Origin: an uncultured bacterium
GTDB taxonomy: Bacteria > Auribacterota > JABMQX01 > JAFGEW01
NCBI GenBank assembly: GCA_965369835.1
Contig: CBDUSE010000003.1
Span: 1-50,766 of the forward strand
Reading direction: 5' to 3'
DNA length: 50,766 bases
Both the position numbers and the translations under genes were made by a program. Below the pieces are notes generated by a model, which saw only the letters and a list, made by a program, of their open reading frames with translations, was not told where the DNA came from and did not search any database. Positions 8,178 through 18,428 of this stretch are shown here, one piece after another (within the stretch, counting starts at the first letter, position 1; each line of letters opens with the position of its first letter).

Positions 8178-8357
8178 ATGCTGGGAATTGATGACGGGTG
8201 GATCGCGGCTGCCTATCTCCTGTGCATCCTCTCGACCCTGCTCTGCGTTGTGTACGGCCTTATCAATTGGAATCGCGGGGCCGAGGCTGAGGAGGAGCAG
8301 ATCAAGGAGGAAACCGGCTGGGAGGAAAAGGAACAGAAAATCGAGGAAACCTTGTAA
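8178..8357 (+). CDS. Small (59 aa) single-TM symporter accessory protein
   Basis: ATG at 8178 preceded by GGGAGG (8163-8168). It has one TM helix (WIAAAYLLCILSTLLCVVYGLI) and an acidic tail. It ends 15 nt before the SSS symporter gene, an arrangement known for small SSS accessory subunits. Confidence 0.7.
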   Translation: MLGIDDGWIAAAYLLCILSTLLCVVYGLINWNRGAEAEEEQIKEETGWEEKEQKIEETL

Positions 8358-8372
8358 CGACGGAGGCACACG

Positions 8373-10253
8373 ATGTACACAAGCATGATATTCGGTGCAA
8401 TGCTCAGTGTTCCCGTGGTGGCCGTCGTCGTGGTGGTGTACCTCGCCATCATTGGTTACCTCGGTTACCGGGGGTACGCCGGGACGAAGACCAGTGCGGA
8501 CTTTATGGTCGCCGGCCGGCGCATTCATCCGTACGTGATGGCGCTCAGCTACGGCGCAACGTTCATCAGCACGTCGGCCATCGTCGGGTTCGGCAGTACG
8601 GCAGGCATGTTCGGGTTCAGCCTGTTATGGCTCGCATTCCTGAACATCTTCGTCGGCATCTTCATCGCGTTCGTCTTCTTCGGCAAGCGCACGCGCAAGA
8701 TGGGCCACAACCTGGACGCGCACACGTTCCCGGAGTTGCTGGGCCGGCGCTACAACTCGCGTTTCATCCAGGGCTTCTCGGGCCTGGTGATCTTCCTGTT
8801 CATGCCGCTCTACACGGCAGCAGTCCTGCTCGGCGCCTCGCGCATCCTCGAGGGTTTCGTGGGCCTGGACTTCAACGTTTCGTTGCTCGTGTTTACGGTG
8901 CTCGTCGCGGCATACGTGATTTTCGGCGGGCTCAAGGGCGTCATGTACACCGACGCGCTCCAGGGCACGCTCATGTTCATCGGCATGGTGCTCCTGCTGA
9001 TCTTCACCTACTCGGCACTCGGTGGAATCACACCGGCACATGAGAAGCTGACGAAAATGGCGCCGCTTGCAGCCAACAATCCGGTGCTCGGTACGCACTT
9101 CGGCCACATGGGCTGGACGGCGATACCAAGGCTCTTCTCGCGCTTCTGGTGGATCGTCGTCTCGAGCGTCGTGATGGGCGTCGGCATCGGTGTGCTCGCC
9201 CAGCCGCAGCTTGCCGTGCGGTTCATGACGATCCGCTCGAATCGCGAACTGAACAGAGCCGTGCTTATCGGCGGTATCTTCATCATCATGATGGTAGGGG
9301 TGGCGTTCGTGGTCGGCTCGCTCTCGAACGCCGTGTACCAAGCTGAGCCGGAGACCTTTGTCAGGGCCGCGGGTTTAGAGAAAGTGGTGAATCGCAACGA
9401 GGACGGCAGTGTCAAGACGGTGACGAACGACGACGGGATTTGCTTTGTCATCATCACGCCGAAAGACGCTGAGGGAAATGACGTCCTCGACGAGGAGGGG
9501 AACCCCAAAGAGGTCCGTGTGCCTGCGTTCAGCCTGGCCACTTGCGACAAGAAGCCAGAGAAGAGCTACATGCGGCCAAGCGAAGGCGAACCACGACAGT
9601 GGGTCAAGGAGCCCAAGACGGTTACGGACCAGATCATGCCGCGCTTTCTGAAAGCCAAGTTGCCTCACTGGTTCCTCTACGTGTTCTTGATCACAATCCT
9701 GGCGGCGGCGATGTCCACGATCAGCTCGCAGTTCCACACCATGGGCACCTCGATCGGGCGCGACTTCTACGAGCAGGGGATCAACAAAGGCCGCGGCAGC
9801 AAGGCGACCGTGCTGACGACGCGCATCGGAATGCTCATTGCGGTCATCGGCACAATCATCATCAGCTATGCGATCGCCGACAGTCCGAACATCATCGCCA
9901 TGGTGACCGCGCTCTTCTTCGGCCTGTGCGCGGCGGCGTTCCTCCCGATGTACTTCGGCGCGCTGTACTGCAAGCGGATGACACGGGCCGGAGCCATGGC
10001 GAGCATGCTGGCGGGTTTCATCGTGAGCTTCCTCTGGCTCACCTGCATGTCGGACAAGATCACCAAGGGCTTCTCGATCCCGAGGCTATTCGGGCAAAGC
10101 CCGACGGTTGTCGCGTCGGGCGGCATCTGGACGTACGTGGAAGCGATCGTGATTGCCTTGCCGATCTCGATCATCGTGGCCATCGTCGTCAGCTTGCTCA
10201 CGAAACCGGAGCCGGAGGAGCACGTCAAGAAGTGCTTCGAGGGGATCAAGTAA
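8373..10253 (+). CDS. Sodium:solute symporter (SSS/SSF) family transporter
   Basis: 626-aa polytopic membrane protein. The N-terminal region is typical of SSF (DFMVAGRRIHPYVMALSYGATFISTSAIVGFGS). It has a ~100-aa hydrophilic insert in mid-protein. Confidence 0.9.
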   Translation: MYTSMIFGAMLSVPVVAVVVVVYLAIIGYLGYRGYAGTKTSADFMVAGRRIHPYVMALSYGATFISTSAIVGFGSTAGMFGFSLLWLAFLNIFVGIFIAFVFFGKRTRKMGHNLDAHTFPELLGRRYNSRFIQGFSGLVIFLFMPLYTAAVLLGASRILEGFVGLDFNVSLLVFTVLVAAYVIFGGLKGVMYTDALQGTLMFIGMVLLLIFTYSALGGITPAHEKLTKMAPLAANNPVLGTHFGHMGWTAIPRLFSRFWWIVVSSVVMGVGIGVLAQPQLAVRFMTIRSNRELNRAVLIGGIFIIMMVGVAFVVGSLSNAVYQAEPETFVRAAGLEKVVNRNEDGSVKTVTNDDGICFVIITPKDAEGNDVLDEEGNPKEVRVPAFSLATCDKKPEKSYMRPSEGEPRQWVKEPKTVTDQIMPRFLKAKLPHWFLYVFLITILAAAMSTISSQFHTMGTSIGRDFYEQGINKGRGSKATVLTTRIGMLIAVIGTIIISYAIADSPNIIAMVTALFFGLCAAAFLPMYFGALYCKRMTRAGAMASMLAGFIVSFLWLTCMSDKITKGFSIPRLFGQSPTVVASGGIWTYVEAIVIALPISIIVAIVVSLLTKPEPEEHVKKCFEGIK

Positions 10254-10311
10254 TCACAGCGGTTTTCCCACGGCATACAACATCGAAGAAATGCAGCGTC
10301 GAGACTCGCAT

Positions 10312-10333
10312 GGGGGCCGGCCTTCCGGCCCCC
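10312..10333 (+). terminator. GC-rich stem-loop downstream of the symporter (no U-tract)
   Basis: GGGGGCCGG-CCTT-CCGGCCCCC is a perfect 9-bp stem, 59 nt after the stop codon. The lack of a T-run means it may be a terminator, an RNA-stability element or a REP. Confidence 0.4.
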
Positions 10334-10355
10334 ACGCCGACTCACAGCTCAGGCA

Positions 10356-12101
10356 ATGAAGGAACTGCTTTCCGGCAACGAGGCGATCGCGCGCGGCGCG
10401 TTCGAGGCGGGCGTGCGATTTGCGAGCGCCTACCCGGGCACGCCGAGCACGGAGATTCTCGAAACGCTCGTCGGCACCAACGGCATTGATGCGCAGTGGT
10501 CGCCGAACGAGAAGGTCGCGCTCGATGCGGCGATCGGCGCGAGCCTTGCCGGGGCGCGCGTGCTCGTAGCGATGAAGCACGTCGGCCTCAACGTCGCGGC
10601 CGACCCCCTGATGACGCTCTCGTACATCGGCGTCAAGGGCGGCCTTGTCGTCGTCACGGCCGACGATCCCGGCATGCACTCGTCGCAGAACGAGCAGGAC
10701 AACCGCCACTTCGCCCGCTTTGCCAAGATCCCGATGCTCGAGCCGAGCGACAGCCAGGAGGCGAAGGATTTCGTCGTCGAGGCGCTCAAGATCAGCGAGC
10801 GGTTCGACACGCCCGTGCTCGTGCGCACGACGACGCGCGTCTCGCACGGCAAGAGCCTCGTCAAGCTCGGCAAGCCCGTCGAGCTCGACCGCAACATGGC
10901 GTTCAACAAGGACCCGCGCAAGTACGTCATGATCCCCGCGTATGCCCGGCGCCGCCACGCGTTCGTCGAGCAGCGCCTTGCGAAGCTCGCAAAGCTCTCC
11001 GAACACACACGCCTCAACCGCGTCGAGCCGGGCGCCAAATCGCTCGGGATCGTCGCGTCCGGCATCGCCTACCAGCACGTCAAGGAGGTCGCGCCCAACG
11101 CCTCCATGCTCAAGCTCGGCATGAGCTACCCGCTGCCGATCGAGAAGATCCGCGCCTTCGGCCGCAGCGTGCGGAGGCTCGTCGTCGTCGAGGAGCTCGA
11201 CCGCTTCATCGAGGACCAGGTGCGCGCCGCCGGGATCAAGGTCCCGCACAAGAGCGCTGAGCAGATGCTCGGCGAGCTCAACCCTGACCGCGTGGCTGAG
11301 ATCCTCGATGGGAAGAAGCGGAAGGCGCACCGGCCCCGTAATGACGTTCCGCCGCCCAGGCCGCCCGTGATGTGCCCCGCGTGCCCACATCGCGCCGTCT
11401 TCCACGTGCTGCGAAAGCTCAAGCTCGTTGTCACGGGCGACATCGGCTGCTATACGCTCGGGACACTGCCGCCGCTCAACGCGCTCGACACCTGCATCTG
11501 CATGGGCGCAAGCATCGGCGCGGCGTTCGGACTAACTAAAGTGCTCGACGAGGCAGCGCGCAAGAAGGTCGTCGCGGTGATCGGCGACTCGACGTTCGTC
11601 CATTCCGGGATTACGGGCCTCATTGATATGGTGTATAACCGTGGCGCAACGACGGTGCTCATACTCGACAACCGCACAACGGCCATGACGGGGCGCCAGG
11701 ACCATCCCGCAACCGGCCGCACGCTGAGCGGCGAGGCAACGCACCAGCTCGACCTTGCCGGTCTGTGCCGTGCTGTCGGTGTCCAGGATGTGCGCACGGT
11801 CAAGCCGTTCGATCTCGAGCGGCTCGAGCAGGCCGTCCGGTCGGCGGTGGACTACGACGGCGTCTCGGTGCTCATCGTCGAGGAGCCCTGCGTCTTGATC
11901 ACGAAAGAGCGTTCGGTCGAAGTCATGCACGTGGACGCCGAGCTCTGCCGGCGCTGCGGCGCATGCCTCAAGCTCGGCTGCCCGGCGATCGCCGAGCTCG
12001 AGGACGGCCTGGTCGCGATCAACCCGGCGCTCTGCAACCTGTGCAGCCTCTGCGCGCAGGTCTGCTCGTTCGACGCGATTGCACCGGTGCCAAGGTGCTG
12101 A
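10356..12101 (+). CDS. iorA: Indolepyruvate:ferredoxin oxidoreductase, alpha subunit
   Basis: N-terminus MKELLSGNEAIARGAFEAGVRFASAYPGTPSTEILE. The TPP-binding region includes GDIGCYTLG. The C-terminus has two CxxCxxCxxxC(P) ferredoxin motifs (CRRCGACLKLGCP, CNLCSLCAQVC). Confidence 0.9.
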   Translation: MKELLSGNEAIARGAFEAGVRFASAYPGTPSTEILETLVGTNGIDAQWSPNEKVALDAAIGASLAGARVLVAMKHVGLNVAADPLMTLSYIGVKGGLVVVTADDPGMHSSQNEQDNRHFARFAKIPMLEPSDSQEAKDFVVEALKISERFDTPVLVRTTTRVSHGKSLVKLGKPVELDRNMAFNKDPRKYVMIPAYARRRHAFVEQRLAKLAKLSEHTRLNRVEPGAKSLGIVASGIAYQHVKEVAPNASMLKLGMSYPLPIEKIRAFGRSVRRLVVVEELDRFIEDQVRAAGIKVPHKSAEQMLGELNPDRVAEILDGKKRKAHRPRNDVPPPRPPVMCPACPHRAVFHVLRKLKLVVTGDIGCYTLGTLPPLNALDTCICMGASIGAAFGLTKVLDEAARKKVVAVIGDSTFVHSGITGLIDMVYNRGATTVLILDNRTTAMTGRQDHPATGRTLSGEATHQLDLAGLCRAVGVQDVRTVKPFDLERLEQAVRSAVDYDGVSVLIVEEPCVLITKERSVEVMHVDAELCRRCGACLKLGCPAIAELEDGLVAINPALCNLCSLCAQVCSFDAIAPVPRC

Positions 12102-12103
12102 CG

Positions 12104-12610
12104 ATGGCAAAGAAGCAGCACACGGCCGAGACGACCAACATCTTCTTCGCCGGCCTCGGTGGTCAGGGGGTGTTGCTCGCCTCGGAGATCGCAGCCAGGG
12201 TGGCGATGCAGGCGAAGCTCGACGTGAAAAAGAGCGAGGTCCACGGCATGAGCCAGCGCGGCGGGAGCGTCGTGACAATCGTGCGGTTCGGACGCAAGGT
12301 GCACTCGCCGCTCATTGCGGAGGGGACGGCTGATTTTCTGGTCGCATTCGAGCCGGCCGAGGGACGGCGCCACGCGCACATGCTCGCGCCCGGCGGCACG
12401 GTGATAGACTCGACGGGTGCGCTCGAGGCGAGCCTGCCCGATCCGCGCACGCTCAACATGTTCATCCTCGGCAAGCTCGCCGCCCGGCTGCCGTTCCCGA
12501 GCGAAGCGTGGCTGAGTGTGATTGCTGCCCGTGTGCCGCCGCGCACACTCGAGGCGAACAACCGGGCCTTCACACTCGGATGGGACTACCGATCGAGGGA
12601 CTTACAATGA
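12104..12610 (+). CDS. iorB: Indolepyruvate:ferredoxin oxidoreductase, beta subunit
   Basis: The ATG at 12104 is 3 nt after the iorA stop. The 168-aa product carries [11 protein letters not shown] and the [10 protein letters not shown] motif of the 2-oxoacid:Fd oxidoreductase gamma/IorB fold. Confidence 0.85.
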   Translation: MAKKQHTAETTNIFFAGLGGQGVLLASEIAARVAMQAKLDVKKSEVHGMSQRGGSVVTIVRFGRKVHSPLIAEGTADFLVAFEPAEGRRHAHMLAPGGTVIDSTGALEASLPDPRTLNMFILGKLAARLPFPSEAWLSVIAARVPPRTLEANNRAFTLGWDYRSRDLQ

Positions 12611-13908
12611 TCTGGAAGAAGGAAGTCGAATGTATGCCGGTCGGCGAACTGCGCGAGCTTCAGCTTGTGCGGCTCAAGGCGCTCATCGCGCGCGTGGCCG
12701 ACCGAGTGCCGTTCTACAAAGCGGCACTGGCCGAGGCGGGTGTGACGGCGGACGACATCGCGTCGCTCGATGACATGCAGAAGCTGCCGTTCACGCGCAA
12801 GACCGAGCTGCGCGACAGCTACCCCTTCGGCATGTTCGCCGTGCCGCTCGACCAGGTGATCGAGCTCCACGCCTCCTCGGGCACGACGGGCAACCCGACC
12901 GTGGTCGCCTACACGAAGAACGACATCGCGCTGTGGTCCGACGTGATGGCGCGCGCGCTCGTGTGCGCCGGCGCGATGCCCGGCGACATCATCCAGAACG
13001 CGTACGGCTACGGCCTGTTTACCGGCGGGCTCGGCGTGCACTACGGCGCGCTCGAGCTCGGCGCTACCGTCGTGCCGATGTCGGCCGGCGGCACGAAGCG
13101 GCAGATCAAACTGATGCACGACTTCGGCGCGACCGTGCTCACCTGCACACCCTCGTATGCGCTGTTCATGGCCGAGGAGGCCGCCGACATGGGCATTGAG
13201 ATGCGCCGCTCGCCGATCCGCATCGGCATCCACGGCGCCGAGCCCTGGAGCGACGGAATACGACGCGAGATTGAAGACGTCTGGAACATCAAGGCGATGG
13301 ACATCTACGGCCTGTCCGAGGTCATCGGCCCGGGCGTGGCGATGGAGTGCGAAGCGCAGAACGGCCTCCACCTGTTCGCCGACGTCTTCTTGCCGGAGAT
13401 CGTCAATCCAAAAACGGACGAGCCGGTGCCCGACGGACAGAGCGGCGAGCTCGTCATCACCACGCTCACCAAGGAAGCACTCCCGCTGATCCGCTACCGC
13501 ACGGGCGACATCGTCTCGATCACGCACGAGCCGTGCGAGGTGTGCGGCCGCACGAGCCCGCGCATCAGCAAGATCCGCGGCCGCACCGACGACATGCTCA
13601 TCATCCGCGGTGTCAATGTCTTCCCCTCGCAGATCGAGGCAGTGCTGCTCGAGGTCGAGGGCGCCAAGCCGCACTACCAGCTCATCGTGGATCGCACGGG
13701 CTCGCTCGACCAGCTCGAGGTACAGGTCGAAGTGGACGAGGGGATTTTCTCCGACGAGATCAAGGTGCTCGAGGAGCTCGAGCGCCGCATCCACCGCGAG
13801 ATCGAGAGCGTGCTCGGGCTGTCCGTGGCGGTCAAGCTCGTTGAGCCGCGCTCGATCGAGCGCTCGATGGGCAAAGCGAAACGTGTTATTGACAAGCGCC
13901 AACTCTAG
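12607..13908 (+). CDS. paaK: Phenylacetate-CoA ligase family (aryl-acetate CoA ligase), copy 1
   Basis: The start overlaps the iorB stop in an ATGA arrangement at 12607-12610. It has the AMP-binding motif [10 protein letters not shown] and a PaaK-type length (433 aa). Confidence 0.9.
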   Translation: MIWKKEVECMPVGELRELQLVRLKALIARVADRVPFYKAALAEAGVTADDIASLDDMQKLPFTRKTELRDSYPFGMFAVPLDQVIELHASSGTTGNPTVVAYTKNDIALWSDVMARALVCAGAMPGDIIQNAYGYGLFTGGLGVHYGALELGATVVPMSAGGTKRQIKLMHDFGATVLTCTPSYALFMAEEAADMGIEMRRSPIRIGIHGAEPWSDGIRREIEDVWNIKAMDIYGLSEVIGPGVAMECEAQNGLHLFADVFLPEIVNPKTDEPVPDGQSGELVITTLTKEALPLIRYRTGDIVSITHEPCEVCGRTSPRISKIRGRTDDMLIIRGVNVFPSQIEAVLLEVEGAKPHYQLIVDRTGSLDQLEVQVEVDEGIFSDEIKVLEELERRIHREIESVLGLSVAVKLVEPRSIERSMGKAKRVIDKRQL

Positions 13909-13923
13909 CGACAGGAGGCGGCC

Positions 13924-14355
13924 ATGAGAGTCAAGCAACTGTCGGTCTTTCTCGAGAACAAAGGCGGGCGGCTCGCCGAGGTGCTCACGATTCTCGCCGG
14001 CGAGGGGATCAACATGCGCGCATTGTCACTCGCCGACACGCGCGACTTCGGCGTGCTCAGGATCATCGTAAACGACGTGGAGAAGGCACACTCCGTCCTC
14101 AAGGCCAACGGCGTCACCGCGTGTGAAACGGACGTCATCGCCATCGAAGTCCCGGATAGGCCCGGCGGCCTCGCCGAGATCCTCGAGCTGCTCGGCAAGC
14201 AGAACGTGAGCGTGGAGTACATGTACGCCTTCGTGACCAAGAGCGGCGACAAGGCGATCATGATCTTCCGCTTCGACAATCCCGACCAGGCAACTGGCGC
14301 GCTGCAACGCGGCGGGGTGCGAATCCTCGCCGGCAGCGAGCTCTACTCGCTCTAG
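13924..14355 (+). CDS. ACT domain protein (tandem ACT), copy 1
   Basis: AGGAGG lies upstream. The sequence LSVFLENKGGRLAEVLTILAGEGINMRALSLADT is typical of the ACT beta-alpha-beta-beta-alpha-beta fold, and a second ACT-like half follows. Confidence 0.85.
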   Translation: MRVKQLSVFLENKGGRLAEVLTILAGEGINMRALSLADTRDFGVLRIIVNDVEKAHSVLKANGVTACETDVIAIEVPDRPGGLAEILELLGKQNVSVEYMYAFVTKSGDKAIMIFRFDNPDQATGALQRGGVRILAGSELYSL

Positions 14356-14370
14356 CAAAGGAAGCTGACG

Positions 14371-14790
14371 ATGCGAATCACACAACTCGCCGTGTTCATC
14401 GAGGACAAGCCGGGACGCGTCGCCCACGTCGCCCGCGAACTCGCCGCCGCGGGCGTCAACATACTCGGCTTCGACCTCGCCGACACCGCCGAGGGCTACG
14501 GCGTGCTCCGCCTCATTACGAACGACCCGAACCGAGCGCTCGACGCGCTCAGCAGCCACAACTACTCCGTTACGACGATGGACGTGCTCTGCGCGAAGGT
14601 GCCGACCGAGACCGGCGGGCTGGCGCGCACACTCGAATGGCTCGCCGAGCACAAGATCGGCCTCGATTGCCTTTACGTGATCCTCAACTCGTTCGTGATC
14701 CTCGGTGTCCGCGACATTGACGCGGCCATCGAGGAACTCACGCAGCGGGGGGTCGAGCTTGTATCCAACGACGACCTGCGCAGCATCTGA
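14371..14790 (+). CDS. ACT domain protein (tandem ACT), copy 2
   Basis: Paralogue of the preceding gene (LAVFIEDKPGRVAHVARELAAAGVNILGFDLADT). Confidence 0.85.
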   Translation: MRITQLAVFIEDKPGRVAHVARELAAAGVNILGFDLADTAEGYGVLRLITNDPNRALDALSSHNYSVTTMDVLCAKVPTETGGLARTLEWLAEHKIGLDCLYVILNSFVILGVRDIDAAIEELTQRGVELVSNDDLRSI

Positions 14791-14802
14791 GAAGGACAAG
14801 CA

Positions 14803-16101
14803 ATGTTCTGGCAACAGGAGATGGAGACACTGGAGCGGGACCGGCTCGACGCGCTCCAGCTCGAGCGGCTGCGCACAAGCGTCGAACGCGCCGCGCAATC
14901 GCCCTTCTACAAGCAACGCCTCGAGGCGGCCGGCGTCAGCGCCGACGACATCACCTCACTCGACGACCTACGCCGGATCCCGTTCACCACCAAACAGGAC
15001 CTCCGGGACAGCTACCCCCTCGGGATGCTGACCGTGCCGGCCGACGACGTGGTGCGCCTGCACGGCTCGTCGGGGACGACCGGCCAGTCCACGGTCATTT
15101 TCCATACACAGCGCGACCTCGATTCGTGGAGCGACCTCGTCTCGCGTGGCCTCATCATGTGTGGCGGCGGCCCGGCCGATGTGTTCCAGAACATGATGAG
15201 CTACGGGCTGTTCACCGGCGGCCTTGGCTTGCACTACGGCGCCGAGCGCATCGGCATGCTCGTGATCCCAGCCGGCAGCGGCAACACGCGGCGCCAGATC
15301 ACACTCATGAAGGACTTTGGTACGACGATCGTGCACATCACGCCGAGCTACGCGCTCCATGTGAGCAATGCGATGGCCGAGGGCGGCGTGGACCCGCGTA
15401 CGCTCAAGCTCCGCATCGGCATCTTCGGCGCGGAACCCTACTCCGAGGAGACGCGCCAGAAGCTCGAGCGGCTCCTCGCTATCGAGGGCTACAACTGCTA
15501 CGGCCTCTCCGAGATGAACGGCCCCGCCGTCGCCTTCGAGTGCCCCGCCAAGAACGGCCTCCACGTGTGGGAAGACAATTACATCGTCGAGGTGATTGAC
15601 CCTGAAACCGGCGAACCCATCGAGGAAGGCACCGAGGGCGAACTCGTCTTTACCACAATCAACCGCGAAGCGATGCCGATCCTGCGCTACCGCACGCGCG
15701 ATCGCTCGTCCATCGCGCCCGGCGATTGTGCCTGCGGCCGGCACCATCGCCGGATCAGGCCGATCGTCGGGCGGACCGACGACATGCTCATCATCGGCGG
15801 CGTCAACGTCTTCCCGAGCCAGCTCGAGGCGGTCCTCATGCGCATCCCCGAGGTCGGCACGAACTATCAGATCGTGCTCAAGCGCGCCGGCGAGCTCGAC
15901 AAGATGACCGTACGCGTCGAGCTCTGCTCGAAGAGCTTCCACGGCGACCTCAAGGAGCTGCGCGCGATCAGTCGCCGCGTCGTGAACGAGCTTCGCGACG
16001 AGCTCGTCATCAACCCGATCATCGAGCTGCTCGAGCCGGGAACGTTGGAGCCCTCGATGGGCAAAGCGAAGCGAGTGGTTGACATGCGCGAGAAGCGCTA
16101 G
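14803..16101 (+). CDS. paaK: Phenylacetate-CoA ligase family, copy 2
   Basis: Paralogue of 12607..13908, with SSGTTGQSTV and the same C-terminal GKAKRV(I/V)D motif. Confidence 0.9.
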   Translation: MFWQQEMETLERDRLDALQLERLRTSVERAAQSPFYKQRLEAAGVSADDITSLDDLRRIPFTTKQDLRDSYPLGMLTVPADDVVRLHGSSGTTGQSTVIFHTQRDLDSWSDLVSRGLIMCGGGPADVFQNMMSYGLFTGGLGLHYGAERIGMLVIPAGSGNTRRQITLMKDFGTTIVHITPSYALHVSNAMAEGGVDPRTLKLRIGIFGAEPYSEETRQKLERLLAIEGYNCYGLSEMNGPAVAFECPAKNGLHVWEDNYIVEVIDPETGEPIEEGTEGELVFTTINREAMPILRYRTRDRSSIAPGDCACGRHHRRIRPIVGRTDDMLIIGGVNVFPSQLEAVLMRIPEVGTNYQIVLKRAGELDKMTVRVELCSKSFHGDLKELRAISRRVVNELRDELVINPIIELLEPGTLEPSMGKAKRVVDMREKR

Positions 16102-16183
16102 CGGCCACCCGCCGCGTACGACGATTCACTCACCTACAGAAAACGCAGTGATTCGCACGCGTCCTTCGGAAAGGAGCGCAAAC

Positions 16184-17209
16184 ATGACCCTTCGGATTGG
16201 ACTCATCGGATGCGGCGGTATGGCCGGCGCACACCTCCGTGGCTGGCTCCCCGAGCAGGGAAAGGGCCGCGCGCAGATCACGGCCATCAACGATGTCCAC
16301 GAAGATGCCATCGCGCGGATCAAGCAGCACGCGCCCGATGCCCAAGTCTACACCGACTTCAACGCGCTGATTCGCGAGGCGGCCGTTGACGCGGTGGACA
16401 TCACGCTGCCGCACAACGTGCATCTGCCCGTGATCCTTGCGAGCATCGAAGCAGGCAAGCACTGGCTCTGCGAGAAGCCGCTCTGCCTCAGCCTCGACGA
16501 GGCGGCACAGATCGAGTCGGCGATGGCCGGCGCGCCCAACCTCGTCGGGATGAGCGCGCACAACCAGCTCCACATGCCGAGCATCTCCGAGGCAAAACGG
16601 TTGCTCGGCGAGGGCCTCCTCGGACGCATCTACTTCATCACAACGAACGATTGTTTCCTCATGAGCGGCCGAAAGCCGGGCGCGCTTCCGGGCACGCCCG
16701 ATGAGATACCGATCCAGCCCGGGACTTGGCGCGCTGACCCGAAGCAGATGGGCGGCGGCGAGCTCATTGATACCGGCTACCACCCGAGCTACCTTCTCAC
16801 CTTCCTTGCCGGCACGGAGCCGGAACGCGTCGAGGCGATCGTCGGCCGGTATCGTCACGAGGCGTTCCATAGCGAGGATACGGCGACGCTGCTTGTTCGT
16901 TACGAGGGCGGCATGACCGGCCTGATGCGCACGAGCTGGGCGGTGCCGCTTCCCGTCGGGCAGTACCCGTTCCACGTCGTGGGTGAGCGCGGCGAGCTCT
17001 ACGGCGACTCGACGACGCTCTTCTTCAAGCCGACGCGCTTCGCCGAACCTGCCCGGTGGGATTTCGAGCAGCGCGACACGTTCGCTGCCGAAGTGAGGCA
17101 CTTCGTTGACTGCATTCTCGACGGTGTGCCGTGCGTCTCGCCTTACGAGCAGGGAATCTCTGTGCTCAAGCTCATTCTGAAAGCGTACGAATCCGCGCGG
17201 AGACCGTGA
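16184..17209 (+). CDS. Gfo/Idh/MocA family NAD(P)-dependent oxidoreductase
   Basis: The ATG at 16184 follows AAGGAG (16171-16176). The N-terminal Rossmann motif is IGLIGCGGMAG, and the family EKP motif is present (WLCEKPL). Confidence 0.85.
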   Translation: MTLRIGLIGCGGMAGAHLRGWLPEQGKGRAQITAINDVHEDAIARIKQHAPDAQVYTDFNALIREAAVDAVDITLPHNVHLPVILASIEAGKHWLCEKPLCLSLDEAAQIESAMAGAPNLVGMSAHNQLHMPSISEAKRLLGEGLLGRIYFITTNDCFLMSGRKPGALPGTPDEIPIQPGTWRADPKQMGGGELIDTGYHPSYLLTFLAGTEPERVEAIVGRYRHEAFHSEDTATLLVRYEGGMTGLMRTSWAVPLPVGQYPFHVVGERGELYGDSTTLFFKPTRFAEPARWDFEQRDTFAAEVRHFVDCILDGVPCVSPYEQGISVLKLILKAYESARRP

Positions 17210-17240
17210 GTTCTCGTCGAGAAGGCGCCGATCCGAAAAG

Positions 17241-18428
17241 CTAGCCGGCCGGCGCCCACAGCCCCGGCGTCGGCAGGTGGCGCCATCCGGCACTCACCGG
17301 TTCGAGCGGCCTGTACGAGCAGCTCGCCAGTTGCTCGAGCGTTTCCTCGTATGAGCGCACGCCGCTGACCGTGTCAACAGCGCTTAGGTTCTGTGCCCCA
17401 ACGGCGCATGAGATTCGCGCTGCCGTCTCGAGCCCTTCAGCGCGGCTCATCGCCGCGAGGAAGCCGGCCACCGCGCAATCGCCCGCGCCCGTCGCCGTGC
17501 CGGTCTGCTCGACGACGAGCGCTTCGGCCCAGAGCGTGCGGTCTTTCCACGCGCCGAGATCAAGCCCGAGCTTCTGCGCGACCGGCGCGAGCGCCTCAGC
17601 CGTTCCGGTCCGCACGCAAAGCCCATTGCTGCCGCACTTGACGACCGCGACCGCCGTCCCGAGGTCGAGGATCGTCCGGCACACCTTGCTAACGCCATCC
17701 GGCCCGATGCGGGCAAACAGCTCCTCAGCCGTTCCGCCCCCGAGCGCCGTGAGCTGTTCGCGCTCGAGAAGAAAGAGCGATTCCTCGATGTTCGGCAGGA
17801 ACACGTCAACGTACGGTAATGCGCCCGCAAGGATCTCGCGCCAATCGAGCCTGCCCGACTCGCTTGCCGCATCCGGCAGCGATACATCAAGCGTAACCAC
17901 CGCGCCCGACCTGTGGAGGCCGCTCAGGAGCTTGACGAGCTCCTTGCCGCCGTCGAGGTACATGCCACGCATGACCGACGGGTAGCCGAAGTGTACGATC
18001 TTGGGTTGTGGTTCAAGCGCCCCGAGCGCGTCATCGGCGACGAAGGAATCGTTTGCGCCGGGGTGATGCAGAAACATCCTGTCCACGCCGGGCGGCGCGA
18101 TGACGATGGCGTACGACGTCTCCTCGCCGTCCACGACAATCATCCCATCATCGAGACCATGTTTAGCCAATATCGAGAGCACCACACGGCCGAGTTCGTC
18201 GTTACCGACTTTGCCCGCGAGCCTCGTCGAAACACCGAGTCGGCTTAGCGCAGTACCCACGTTGGTCACTGCTCCGCCAGTCGAGACAGTTGCCGGACCC
18301 GTTCGCACCATCGTGCCTGGAAGCAGCAGTCGCTTCAAATCGCCGCTCAAGCCTTCGAGCGACGGTGTGATGTCCAGGGACACATGCCCCGCAACCAGCA
18401 CGTCGGCGCGCTGTTCAGTCATCCCCAT
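17241..18428 (-). CDS. PfkB-family carbohydrate kinase
   Basis: Carries the PfkB signature GTATGAGDCAVAGFLAA near the C-terminus and an N-terminal GxxSLD sugar-binding region. Confidence 0.85.
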   Translation of the reverse strand: MGMTEQRADVLVAGHVSLDITPSLEGLSGDLKRLLLPGTMVRTGPATVSTGGAVTNVGTALSRLGVSTRLAGKVGNDELGRVVLSILAKHGLDDGMIVVDGEETSYAIVIAPPGVDRMFLHHPGANDSFVADDALGALEPQPKIVHFGYPSVMRGMYLDGGKELVKLLSGLHRSGAVVTLDVSLPDAASESGRLDWREILAGALPYVDVFLPNIEESLFLLEREQLTALGGGTAEELFARIGPDGVSKVCRTILDLGTAVAVVKCGSNGLCVRTGTAEALAPVAQKLGLDLGAWKDRTLWAEALVVEQTGTATGAGDCAVAGFLAAMSRAEGLETAARISCAVGAQNLSAVDTVSGVRSYEETLEQLASCSYRPLEPVSAGWRHLPTPGLWAPAG

